This document shows positions 18,011 to 30,293 of a stretch of 32,841 nucleotides of DNA, in pieces. Each line of letters starts with the position of its first letter. Within the stretch, counting starts at the first letter, position 1. Below the pieces are notes generated by a model. It was not told where the DNA came from and did no database searches. It saw only the letters and a program-made list of their open reading frames with translations. The translations under genes and the position numbers were made by a program. Location of the stretch: NCBI GenBank assembly GCA_024704765.1, contig JAKMXF010000075.1, forward strand, positions 1 to 32,841, in the 5' to 3' direction. The DNA comes from Oopsacas minuta (Eukaryota; Animalia; Porifera).

Positions 18011-18544
18011 TCTGATTTGACCATAACTTTCAAGAGATTGGCAGGCCTTACAGTAGAGTAGGCTATGACTCAAACTTGTGCGAGTCAGGCCCAAAATACC
18101 CCTGTATGCCAAATATCAGCTTTAGGGTCTTCCAGTTTCTTCAATTAATTCTGGACATACAAACATCTATATACCATAGATTGAAGTTAGATTCAATCTC
18201 ATCAAAAGTTAAGCCTAAAATTTCTTTGATTAGCTTTACTTTTAGGTTCTCAGGTATTACAGCCAGGATAGCTCTTTAAATGAGCAGTATCTGAAGCTTG
18301 TCCGCACCGCCAAAATTTGCTATGTGGACGCACTTTGCCGACCCCTGATATAGAACGTTAATTATTGATATTTGATTAAAATGTTGAAATACGAAATGGT
18401 CTAAGCAGTTTCCATACGAAATATGAAAAATTTGACATGATAAAGATAGCACGAGTTTAAGCGTTTAAGAGTTATTGCATAAACCATGGATGGCACATGT
18501 TTTGTCAATTTCCACTTATACGTAAATACCTAGATATTGTGGAA

Positions 18545-19175
18545 ATCTTAATTGTTGTTTGTTTGTCCGTTGTTAAGAAAAGGATTTACGGTATGTAATT
18601 TTGAAATTGTCGCATAACAAACATACATTTATTAAAACTAACTAAATATATCGAATATGCTGAATTTGATTTTCACACTTTTGAATTAATCATATGTATA
18701 TTTATTTGTTGTTTTTATGAAGATAAAGTGAACTAATTGGCCAAATCTCAAAATACTGGTGTTGCTCTCAAACGATTGCTCTCAACATTTACAATTGGGT
18801 GACGTAATTTGTATTTTCAAGTTAATTATATGTAAAAAATCTCAAAATATACTTAGAGACTTGCTCTTAACGGATATACCGGGGCTATCAAGTACGCTGA
18901 ATCCGAATTTATCGTTTTCAAGTTTCTCATATGTAAATTTATTGTTGTTTTTATGAATGTATTGTAAACAAGTTTCTAAATAGTTCTAGAAACTTGATTT
19001 CAACGATTATACCGGGTGATGGAGTACGCTGATTCCGAATTTCGCTCTTTCTAGCCATGTGTAGATAATAGTAGGTCTTATGAAAAATTCGAAGCACGAA
19101 GTGCCGAGTTACATGCGAATACAGAGATTTCGCAACCGGCACAGCGAGAGCAAGCGAAGCGGCTCGTAATGAATT
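18545..19175 (-). mobile_element. Non-autonomous interspersed repeat, Helentron-associated (HINE/DINE-1-like) in style
   Basis: Read on minus: starts TTCATTACGAGC, contains about three diverged subunits (CGGATTCAGCGTACT...CGTT.AGAGCAA...ATTCATAAAAACAACAATAAATTTACA) and ends ACGGACAAACAAACAACAAT. Same start and end as 22421-22830 in the opposite orientation. The repeat itself is clear; the superfamily is inferred. Confidence 0.55.
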
Positions 19176-20739
19176 AATTTGTTCTGCTAACGAGTTACAA
19201 TAAATCACATAATGCATACGAATACTGATAAATTCCTTTGAATTACCCAAAAGCCAGGCATACTGAAATATCGAAGAGCATTTGAAGAATAAATATTTAT
19301 TGTTTTCGGGTTTTGAGATTTCAAATCTTAGCCTAAGGTTAGGAATGTTATAAGTCCATAAGGTAGTAATACTAGCATATTCTTGGTTTGAAATAATGTA
19401 GAATCGAATGCACACACTCATTTTGGTAAATAGCGATGTCGAAATTTCACGTTTAACCGCATAATTCCACCTTTTGTAAAAATGAAATCCCTTGACAAAT
19501 GTAATTATTCCCTGGAGCATCAAAAGTCAGCCTAACACTTCCCTAAACACTCCCTTATTATATAGTCTATGCGATTAGTAGAGTGTTTTTGAGCTATTTA
19601 ACGATGAGTACACTCTGTAAGCGCTTTAAGGTATATACGTGATGTAAGGCAGAAAATATAGGTCATTAATGGTGCCGTCCTCCAGCTAATTCCTTTCCGG
19701 AACACTGAGATCATAAAGTTATGTATGTCATAATATACCATCCACAAGTCAAATTGTGTACAATTTATTCCAATTGAGCAAAATACCCAATCAATAGCCA
19801 ATTTATTCAAGGTATAATTTGATAAATAGATCTTCAGTGGGTCAGAATATAGAAATTATTGGCTAAAAATAGTATTTACTATGAGAATATTCGGATTAGG
19901 TGAACGCTGTCGAGTTAGACAAACAATTATTAGGTTCATACCTAACAATATAAGACATTTTTTATGTTGGATTAACGCAAAAGTCACACGGTTGCCCAAA
20001 TTTTAGAATAGCAGATGCCGATTTTAGGACCCATTATTCCGTACCTCAAATGCCATTGATAAAAGTAGCAAAAATTGACATTTTTGGATATGGATAAAGT
20101 GGAAATGATAATATAGTTTGTAGAATATTGTCAACTCTACACATATCACGTATTTTTATTTTAGTAGAAGTTAATATACTCAAAATATCATCCAGGGTTA
20201 CGAACTTATTGAATGACTCAAGTATATTATATATAAATATCTATGGCTTACTTAATACACTACAGTATATGTACCGAGAATGCGAAAGCGATATCTTAAA
20301 ATTCTGTAAATACTATCATCAGAAAAGGTTTTCTATTCAAGATAGGCCCACTAAATGTATTATGAGTGTATAATCTATAAGCCCTAATAACACGATTGGT
20401 CAATTCAGAATATGTGCATGGCCCCTGGTTTTTTAATTTGACGTCATGTAAAAACTGTATATATAAAATATTGTAAATTTGCACAGCCTACGAAACTATA
20501 GCCTATTCACGGTATTTAACCATGGATTACTTCAAGTCTATTAAATTTGACTTGCAATTATATTTTTATTGATAAAACAAAATCAGTGCATTTTGGCTCG
20601 AATAAATGTATTATTGATAGTTAATAATTTACAGAAACCATATTATCCAACTATTATCAAATTGAAATGACCGTTGTCTATTTGGTTAAAGGGGCATTAT
20701 GTTATTTTAAAATGCAGCATTTTTAAGCTCTCACAAACT

Positions 20740-21300
20740 ATCACTAGTTCGTCATCGATTCCAGAATTAATATAAAGTGATCTAAGGATGTTTATACATA
20801 AAATATAAATTTTTGTAATTATGAAGTTGTCACGTAACTGAATTATTTTAGATACCATGGATTACATTTATTTGGTAAAATCTCCTAACAACTCGATACT
20901 CGCTAGAGTAATTACCAAATAAATCCAACCAATATGTATTACATACCCAACTTCCCATACCCTTGTAATACATTTTGATACGATATCTCAAACCGGTGTG
21001 ACTCAATCGTGATTATGCCCATACTTGGGCATTATCAAGATTAGGCAATAGTGCTTCAAGATATCGTATGAAAATCTATTACAAGGGTATGGGAAGTTGG
21101 GTATATAGTGCATATTGGCTGGACTGATTTAACTAAAACTCTCGCAACAATCGAGTTATAAGTGGATATTGGCCAAAAATTTGCTATCCATGGAATCTAG
21201 TATAGCTCAATTATGTGACAACTTTATAATTTATATTTTATGTATAAAACATCTTTAATTCACTTGATATTAATTCTGGAATTGAAGATGCACTAGTGAT
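20740..21300. mobile_element. 561-bp foldback (long palindromic) element
   Basis: Arms align along their full length around the centre GCCCA-TACT-TGGGC (loop 21022-21025), including a perfect 28-bp pair (20943-20970 / 21077-21104) and outer ATCACTAGT / ACTAGTGAT. Confidence 0.9.
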
Positions 21301-21319
21301 CGTCTATCAGAGATTTAAA

Positions 21320-21500
21320 TTCGAGTGCCGAGTCCCATGCGAACACAAAGTGTTCGCATGCCCCGCAGCGCGAGCAAGTGAAGCAACTCATACAGATTAA
21401 TTGTGTTTTAATAGTATAGACCATGAGAATTGCTCAGTTTCTCTCAACGGCTATGAGAGAAGTCGAGGATGCTGAATCTGAATTTTACATTTTAAGTTTG
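21320..21500 (-). mobile_element. Partial copy of the same HINE-like family, with a perfect 11-bp hairpin
   Basis: GTGCCGAGT...GCGAGCAAGTGAAGC is homologous to about 19097-19165; hairpin CATGCGAACAC-AAA-GTGTTCGCATG (21336-21360); subunit CTCTCAACGGCTA...GCTGAATCTGAATT in minus orientation. Confidence 0.55.
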
Positions 21501-21718
21501 TGCTAACTAAACTTTCTAATCCGGAATTTAGTAGGGATACCGAAAAATTAGTAATCTGAATTATTTTATGATTTCTTTTGAATCAAAAGTTCATTTTCAA
21601 GTTATATTCAATAATTCAACCTAATTTTATGCTTTATATCTAATTAATCTATTACAGCAGATAGATCATAGATATGTATAACTTGTGATGTCATCATTTT
21701 ATTGTCGCGTCTTTTTAG

Positions 21719-22326
21719 GATTCCAAAATCTCCCCAACCTTCCACCCATGCAAGAGGAAGCTCACAGTCTGATGAATAGTTATGAAATGAAGGCAAAGAT
21801 AGAGTTTGATGAGTTTTCAATGAATTCTTTCAATCCCCTCGTCGACGAGTTTGGCACTTATCCCGGAGACCCTTATATGTATAGTTCACACCCATTCCAG
21901 GATATGAATCAACCAATCTCTTCAATCACAGACCAACCCCCAATGGGACACTTAGGACATTTCCCCACACAATTTCCAATTAACCCTTCAGAAAAGATGT
22001 CCATGGGTGTACAACTAAACCCTCAACAAACACATCAAATGGGAATGGGAGTCAATATGGGCTACCCCAACTCACATTTCCCAAACTACATTAGCATGTC
22101 AGGGGTCCCCATGTCCAATCTAGGAGCTCCACCTAACGGATCCTCGATGGGACTCCCATTACAGAGCGGACAAATACAGGGCAGTGGTATACCTCCTATG
22201 AGTCAGGTGCTAAATAAACCCATAAACAATCCCACATTGATACACCCTTCATCTACTGACCAAGCCTCTGATATCAAGCCACAACTTGGTTCAGCTAAGC
22301 AAAGAGATGCTATACACAATCCTGGA
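21719..22326 (+). CDS. CREBBP: CBP/p300-like, exon 2 (M/P/Q/G-rich low-complexity N-terminal region)
   Basis: Acceptor CTTTTTAG|GA (phase 1) within the 224-aa ORF, FQNLPNLPPMQEE...HNPG; donor GGA|GTAAGT at 22327 (phase 0); 608 nt. Confidence 0.8.
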
Positions 22327-22420
22327 GTAAGTTCATATTATTACTCACTACCTGTATAATGTATTCCCAAAATGGGCATCACATTCCTCGTCGTATTTAG
22401 GTAATTCATGCTAATTTAAA

Positions 22421-23100
22421 TTCATTACGAGCTTTTGGCTCGTCGCTTTGCGATGAACTCGGCGCATTGCGCCTCGCGCCTCGAGGTATCCATTATTCTC
22501 CAATTTCGGTGCCTTTGAGTATTATAATATAAATATATTTAGAACAATTCACAAATATACGTATATGGCATATATATTATTGAATTATTTTGTGAGATCA
22601 ACCCCGTTTGTAGCCGTTGAGAGCAAGTATCTCCGTAAACTTTGAGATTTTGCTAATTTATTCTCTTTATATTCATAAAAACAATAATAAATTTACAAAT
22701 GAAAAACTTCAAAATGCGAGAAGGGGCTTAAGCGTACTGTGTAGCCGTGTAGAGCAAGCCTACTCATAAAAACATAAATATATTACATGTCAACGGACAA
22801 ACAGACAAACAACAATTTATATTTAATTATATAGATGTTGTTTACGATGCCATATTCGGACTCAGCATACTCGATTACCCCAGTGTAGTCGTTGAGAGTA
22901 TGATTCTACCTCAATTTTGAATTTGTTTACTTTATATTCATTAAAACAACAATAAATTTGCATATGAAAAAATGCGAAATTCGGATTCAGCGTACTTAGT
23001 TACCCTTGAGTAGCCGTTTAGAGCAAGCCCGTAAGTATATTTAGAGATTTGGCTAATTTGTTTACTTCATATTCATAAAAACAACAATAAATTTACAACA
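22421..23100 (+). mobile_element. HINE-like family, plus-orientation copy or copies with tandem subunits
   Basis: TTCATTACGAGC start, repeated GTAGCCGTT.AGAGCAAG...ATATTCATAAAAACAACAATAAATTTACA units, and ACGGACAAACAGACAAACAACAAT...TATATAGAT at about 22794-22835. Confidence 0.6.
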
Positions 23101-23368
23101 TTTTGAGTTCGCATGTAAATATTTAGAACAACAAACATTCACAACAGGGAAATTAATAAACGGGTTGTTAGAAGGAAATTAATAAATTAATAAGTTCAGA
23201 CTCCCTAGAGTATTGATTTAGTTGATTGGTAAGAAACATGACTCAGAGGACCGACCACTAGAGCTGCACTATCATCCCGTCAGCTGGACATTTTAGTTAT
23301 TAGATATTTGTATGAAATAGTAATGATTCGTTAAAAAGATTATTCGATTGGACATTTACATCAAATCC

Positions 23369-23561
23369 CATACTTGCCAACCTGAGTGAAGAAAAAGCGG
23401 ACGGTAGGTACTAATTTAGCGGAACATCACGAGACGTAGCATATTTGTATTAGATTGGACTACAAAAACGCGGGATAATAAGGTTTTAGGCAAGTTTTAG
23501 CGGGACATTAGCCTCATTGGCTTTCGACACATCCGAAAAATCAGGACAGTCGGCAAGTATG
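23369..23561. mobile_element. MITE with CATACTTGCC TIRs
   Basis: CATACTTGCCAAC / reverse complement CATACTTGCCGAC; flanking duplication is AAATCC (6 bp). Confidence 0.8.
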
Positions 23562-24316
23562 AAATCCACAACTCTGGTTGGAGATAATAACTCTGAACAC
23601 TGAACTGAATAAATTATAATTAGGTTATATAAAATATATTAGTTGTTTCTCATCCGGAATTTCTTCAGAAACTGGCACGGCGGGCGGTATTTTATTTTTA
23701 TTTTTTATAGGCCAGTTAATATATAAAATATTTGGCACTTCGATTATCTCGCCACATTCTTTCTGGGCATTAAAATATTGAATTTTCAACTATACGACTA
23801 GTAAAATGTGGATTGTACTCTCTGGAACCAAGAATTAACCTTAAATTTGGAAAAAATACAAATAAAATCTTTCTTGGTGGGGGACAAAACTGGGGCGAGA
23901 AGGGATTAGAAACAAGTATAACACTTTACATGGGCTAAAATATACATCAACATTTACAACATAATTATCTATGAAATGTAGTATAGTATAAGAATTCGGA
24001 ACTCAAAATTAGTCAAACTTGGAAATATTATATCTCGCAAGAATGTTAACTTTAATTACAAAATTTTGTCATAACAAACGTTGTATGTTTAGAAACGTGT
24101 AATTTAGTTGAAATTTCAATTTCGAAAAAAAATCTCGAAAAGATATTTTGAACGTTTTTAGATATTCATAGACGTTCCTATTCTGTAATTCTAACCAAAT
24201 AAAATAATGGGAAGGATATCAAATTTAAATATCAGGTGTGCAAACTCGAATTCTGCGCTAAATTCACACTCGTAGCTTTCAAATTTTATATTATAAATGT
24301 ATAATATTACCTTTAG

Positions 24317-24481
24317 ACTCCTGTGGTTTGTTCTCCTGACTCCTCCAGTAACGTGACTAGTCAGAAAGCATTATGCACTAGTTCCACCACTTCTCTCATG
24401 CCCCATACTCAACCCAACCATTCTGCAATAGACTCACAACTTTGTCAAACACATTCTGGACAATCTAACCTACAAAATCAG
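24317..24481 (+). CDS. CREBBP: CBP/p300-like, exon 3 (S/T/Q-rich)
   Basis: Acceptor CCTTTAG|ACT; open frame TPVVCSPDSSS...NLQNQ; donor CAG|GTTTGT; 165 nt, phase 0 at both ends, compatible with neighbouring exons. Confidence 0.7.
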
Positions 24482-25639
24482 GTTTGTTATATAACTAACA
24501 TAAATAATTCACTTTAATTTATACGTCCTTTGTTACTACTCTCCATCGTCTTTTCAGCGATTATTTGCTTATTAACATCGCGATAGGAATGTCATATTAT
24601 TGAGGTTCACAAGTTAAGTATCTCAAATTCTCGAACTACTCACAGAAGAGACAATTTGTCTCTCTACGAGTGTTTCTATGCTCAGAGATTTCACCAAGGC
24701 TGCCTTGGTGAAAATATTCATTAGTATATTGCTACAGTCAAGGTTGCACGGTTGGCAGATATCGATATACGTATTGGAAATTTCCAAAATCTGCTCTACA
24801 TTTCTCAAAGTAGAAAAAATTTGTTATAGTGCTTTGGTATTTCTACTTTTCGGCTGTTTTTGGAGCTGTTCAAACTCTATCTAACGCTAATAAGAAGAGA
24901 GAAGAACAAAGTGTCATGTAACCTTTGAACAGCTCATTTAGCCCCTCTGTAACATTATATTTTATTGTACAACTTGGGTTATTGGTAACCACTTCATTAC
25001 CATCCCTTCAATAATACTATATATTCAAATATGTTCACAACTCTCCAATCTGTTTCATTAGATCGGGTTTCATCACAATTTACTATTAAAATCTTCCAAT
25101 GTCTAACAGTTATAACTTTGCAGGAGAATATAATTATATAAGAACTCTGTCTGCTTTAGACAAAACACAATAATTTAGTTTGTATGAGCTGACTGTTAAG
25201 AAAGAAATGCTACATATGTGTCACGAGCTAAACTTCTCCCAATATGTATTTCCCTGTTTGGTTCTTACTAATTACCCTCAGAATGAGGGTAATTAGTAAG
25301 AGCTAACACTGGCAGCAATATTCAATATTGTCTATGTAAAGGGTGGCTATTGACACCGACCAGTATTTCACTAATTCGAAAAAATCCAATCCAACATCTG
25401 TAGCTCGCTTCAAAATACCCAATTCCACAATCAGGGGTGACACATAATCCGGACACCTCACAACGTGCTTGACACATGCGAGAAATCTACTACCGGCCGG
25501 TGTAAATTGACCCCCCCCCCTCCCCCCGATTTAAATAGTGGGTGCAGCCAATTAGAATGATGATTTAATTTTTTTGTTTTCTTCAGTAATATAATTATAA
25601 GGATTATTCGGCTTAAGATGTACTCTAGAGCCGATAGAG

Positions 25640-25779
25640 CAGGGTTTCTCTACTTGTGGTCAAGTTGAAGCTCCATGATCAATTTGACCAAACATGACCA
25701 AATATGTCGACCCGGGCGTAGTCATGATATAAAATTTCTAAAAGTGTGGCCACAGCCCATGAAAGTGTGAGAAACCCTG
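25640..25779. mobile_element. hAT (Charlie/Buster-like) MITE
   Basis: TIRs CAGGGTTTCTC / GAGAAACCCTG; flanks CGATAGAG vs CTATACAG (6/8, central TA). Confidence 0.78.
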
Positions 25780-26710
25780 CTATACAGTCTAGACGTACTT
25801 GTCTCTCATAACTGAATTTTATCCCATCTAATCTATTATAAATGATTCTATTAGTATGTACAATCTGATAAGATGTACAAAATTTGTATTCCCGAAAGAA
25901 CGAATCTATTGAATTCTGCCTGCTATTCAGGGAGATAATTATACAGGGTTTTCAGGGCACGCTACTACCGCCCCTCCCGAACTTTCATACGCCTACAAAT
26001 CAGTAAATTAGTGTTACGGTATAGGGAAAGATCCAATCCTCAATTTCCACGCTCCTAAGTATAATTTCATCAAAATTATGCGCCTAGAGGAGCGCCCGGT
26101 GCTCCTACATAATCTCTCGCTGTTAGTACGTACTCTGTTATTTACCATGAGGACACAATTTGATTTTTATCATTTCTTTAGAAATCTGATAATAATCATA
26201 ATACAAACCACGTATTCACTATGTATATTTTTCACAATTTCGTATGCTATTTACATAAAATCATACTGATACAGGGGCGTAATAAGGGGAGGCAATGGAA
26301 GCGGTATTTTTACATTATGTTCCACACTATTACACAAATCGCACACAATCGCATCGCATTTTGTCGAAAATACGTTGGGGTACTCAATATTGAATCTAAG
26401 CCTATTATTCGAAAAGCTTTGTGAAAACTACACCAGGATATGATTTAGGGGGGGGGGGCACTGTCTCAATGCATCTACTGTAGTTGTAAGAACGCGAACC
26501 CATTTTTTGGGTCTGATTTCTCTAAAAGGGGACTAAAATCTTGTTCATAATAAACAACAGCAATCAATTTATGTTAAGCGAACTATATTTGTACATAAGC
26601 TATGGGAATTATCAATATCGTGACAGTATGAAATTATCAATTAATCAGTCCTATGTCACTATGTGTAATTAGGTTCTATGGAAATTTTAATAACTAAAAC
26701 GCACTTTTGT

Positions 26711-26995
26711 CAGAGATGCAACATCCCGCAATTTCACGATCCGGATTGGACCGTCATTGATTTTTATTTGGGCTGCCCGTCCCGTTCCAGACCGATAGCC
26801 TATTACTGGTTTCGTTTTCAGCCACTTTAAGAGTATTTCTACGTCCCTGTACAATGGTTGATGGATCGTTTGTCCGATCTAGTTCTCTGATTTAGTGCTT
26901 ACTGTACTAATTCGGAGCGGTCTATATCGTACTTAAGAAAAATGGACCGGACCTACCTGGAACCGATCGGTCCAGGTAGGACCGCTGCATCGCTG
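26711..26995. mobile_element. hAT-type MITE with internal palindrome
   Basis: Ends CAGAGATGCA / reverse complement CAGCGATGCA; flanks ACTTTTGT vs GCTTGTGT (6/8); GGACCG/CGGTC motifs; palindrome at 26948-26984. Confidence 0.65.
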
Positions 26996-28043
26996 GCTTG
27001 TGTCCTTTGACTTAATTCATATTTCTAAGAATGCGAACTCAACATAAATTAGTACGTCACCTATATTGATTAAAATTCAAGGAACTTACAGAATTCTGTT
27101 TTACATTTTTCTTTTTTTGCAAAATTCAAGCACTTCAGAACGGTATTTGTGTGAACATACTCACTACTTTTAACATTCTTACAGCTTAGTGGGGCCATGG
27201 ACCGTAATATTATGGCTTTGGCAAAGGAAATTTTACGGTGCTGGTATTGACATGAAATATTATTTTACAATTTAAACGCTGAGTTTACTTAAGCCATTTA
27301 AGGTAATAAAGAAAATATTCCCCCTGTCCCCGGTTTCTAGGCACCGATTAGCAAGATTATCTTGTAAAAATTCTGAAATCACCGCCTGTCCCGAGGTAAT
27401 TTTCCCTTAGGCCACCGGATTCAGTCTAATTTGTTATCGCTCTGGTTAGCGATAATACTTATGTACAAATACGGAAGTAATCTTTAGAAGTCAAAATATT
27501 GTACCAGATTGAATTGTAACAATATACTATACTTCTAATCTATTAATTGTAATCTGATCATTGATATGATTCCTACAACGTATCGTTGTCATATCTACCT
27601 ACGTGTAATTTGATAACATTCTAAAACTTGACCTGGGAGGGAAAAATGCAATTACTTATCAATTACAGAAACAATATACGGCTAGCCTCTAAAAGCTAAA
27701 TTCATTATCTGGTGAACATATTGCTCAATATTAATTTTATTTTAAACAGCTAATACACACCAATAAACTATTTACAGCTAATATACACTCGCCATACCAT
27801 ATACCTGAGAATTTGGTTATATAATTTGAAATTAGTGGGAGATGCGAGCAAAGCGAGCCGAAATTTACTATTTGTAATGTGAGCCAAATATTTATTGCAT
27901 TCAAAAATACAATCATTCCAGATAATGTAATATATCCCAGTGTGGGTATACATACTCCATCCTCCCAACCGGATCCGCCACGAGGTTGTCATTTGACAAC
28001 CTCCACGTAGATCTGTCACTGGCAGCCCTTGCGTACACATCAG

Positions 28044-28229
28044 CAGTGGCGGTCCCAAGGGGGGGCAAACGGGGCATTTGCCCCGGATTTGGAAAGCCTG
28101 GCCCCAGCCAGACCCCGCTTTGACAGATTATCAGACCACCACTGCCCATTATATAATAAGATTTTCCACGGGTTTGAAATTTTTGCACCGGCCTTTCCTC
28201 GAATATGCAAAGTCCTGGGACCACCCCTG
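28044..28229. mobile_element. hAT-type MITE, 186 bp
   Basis: TIRs CAGTGGCGGTCCCAAG / reverse complement CAGGGGTGGTCCCAGG; perfect 8-bp TSD CACATCAG (28036-28043, 28230-28237). Confidence 0.9.
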
Positions 28230-28569
28230 CACATCAGCACATTGTTTTGAGTGATGCAAATTCCGAAACCCTCACCCCTGAATTCCCAAATCCCATCCCA
28301 TCCCATCCCATTATCACGATTCTTACACTCCGTGTTTTGTCTTTAATAACTAAATACTTGGTTCGGGTTAGGTCTGATCGTACAAAATATCTAAGACAAT
28401 TATGGTCCAGGATTATCACACCTATGGTGTATATCTACAACTATATGATAATTAACTACATATACATATATGAAATAATGGAGCTATGAGCTATGACGTC
28501 TAATCGAAACCTAAGCACTTAATTAGTGTCTGTATTATTAGATCTATTATTTATCAATATAAAATACCT

Positions 28570-28900
28570 ATGTATAGCCGTTAAGAGGGAGTATCTACGT
28601 ATATATTGAGATTCAAGTATTTGTTTACTTTATATTCATAAGAACAACAATAAATTTACATGTGAGATACGTACTTGAAAATACTAAAACATGTAATCTC
28701 TAGCATTCTATTGAATTTTACAAAGAAATGTATGAAAATTTGATTAATCACCTAAAGGGTGTGAAAATATACACATCAAAAATTCTTCAGGTGCACAACT
28801 AGATGTCACTACGAGTATACATACCAAATTTCGAGTCTTAATCTGCAAAGGTGTGAACAGGAGAGCGAAATTTTAAACTAATTATATAATCATACAAGTA
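28570..28900 (+). mobile_element. Further fragment of the HINE-like family
   Basis: TAGCCGTTAAGAG...TTTGTTTACTTTATATTCATAAGAACAACAATAAATTTACA subunit; boundaries approximate. Confidence 0.5.
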
Positions 28901-30034
28901 TGCATGTCCTTGTTGTTTTTATGAGAATAACATTAACGACTAACCCGAAACGACATAAAGTAGTCCTTTTGCAGCTCTGCAGTATAGGAAATATATACAG
29001 GTAATTTCTTTTAACAATAATGATGATTTACACTACAGCTACAATCAGGCAAACTTAATTATGCTAGCATCTATTCTGCCCCTTCTTGTTTAGTTGTTTA
29101 CGTACAAGGAGTTATGTTGATATTTGGATAAAGTTACAAATAGATTAGTTTCTAACGTATAACTGGCTCGTTAACAAATTTGCACAGGCAGTTACTAATG
29201 TTTGGTAACTTCACTCATAAATTTGAGACTGCGTACTGGTAACTTTTTGGGACAGAACTAACTTTATGAAATTCAAATAGAATCTCTAGCCCAATAACAG
29301 CGGCAAACAGACAAGTATTGAGATTTCATAATGTAGGAAATCTTTTGATTTAATAGTTGAAAAAGAACACATCAAGATCAAATTGAAAAATCAGTATTAT
29401 AATTTTAATTAGTCTCTTCCTAGTAGAGAGTATACTCGCAGTGCCAGTGATGCATGAACATTCCTTAATTGTAATATAATCCATATTTGTACATTACAGA
29501 CTAATGGCCATCTGATATATTATCCAACACAATCATGTAATACATCAGTAGATAGACTCTAATTATGTTATCTCTAATTAATTGAATTTATTCACCACCC
29601 ATGTGCTATCAAATGATCTAAATATCTTATCTCCATTTTATTCTCACTACTTAGGACTTATTATTAATCCATCATTGTTTTAATTATATAAAAGTGATTA
29701 TTATTTGATGAAATATTTCGTAATGACATTATCACTCGGCCTTAGATTCTTAGACACTATCAAAAGATTTAAAATTACCAATATTAGACATTGAGCATGA
29801 TAAATGAATGTATGCCTCGTAGTTTACTGAATACATTTACTTTTACGTATTTTTATAGCCATTAAGTTTCATACGACATTTTGTACTCTCTTGTAATACT
29901 TGTAACCTATATGTCATGGCTAAAATGGAAATTTGACCTCAACTGCATTTCTAAGATCTACGTGTCAATGCGTCATACACGAGATTGAATTATCATTTAC
30001 AATGTATAATATAAAACTCACTCTTCCTCTCCAG

Positions 30035-30293
30035 CTTTCTTATCCGAATCAGCAATTGAAGCCCATCCAAGAAGGCTCTGAAATCTCCTCTCTCCAATCA
30101 GTAACACACCATGGTATGATAGAAACTGATGAGAATAGGCACAGATTGCTACAACAACAGCTGGGCATCCTGCTACACGCTCACAGATGTCTCAAACTAG
30201 GTACTGGCGGTGATTGTAAGGTACCGATGTGTAGTACCATGAAGGATGTACTCAAACATATGACTGTCTGCGAAACAAAAGAGAATTGCTATT
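30035..30293 (+). CDS. CREBBP: CBP/p300-like, exon 4 containing the first two thirds of the TAZ1 (CH1) zinc finger
   Basis: Acceptor CTCTTCCTCTCCAG|CTT (phase 0). ENRHRLLQQQLGILLHAHRC...CKVPMCSTMKDVLKHMTVCETKENC matches the TAZ1 pattern RKLIQQQLVLLLHAHKC...C..PHCRTMKNVLNHMTHC....C. Donor T|GTAAGT (phase 1). CREBBP vs EP300 cannot be distinguished (single invertebrate-type orthologue likely). Confidence 0.92.

Noticed and set aside
18951-19523. 190-aa minus-strand ORF
   Set aside because: Its 3' half runs through the HINE-like repeat, it has no recognisable motif and it is antisense within a CBP intron; probably a chance ORF.
27768-28489. Cluster of six overlapping ORFs on both strands
   Set aside because: Explained by the GC-rich MITE 28044-28229 suppressing stop codons.
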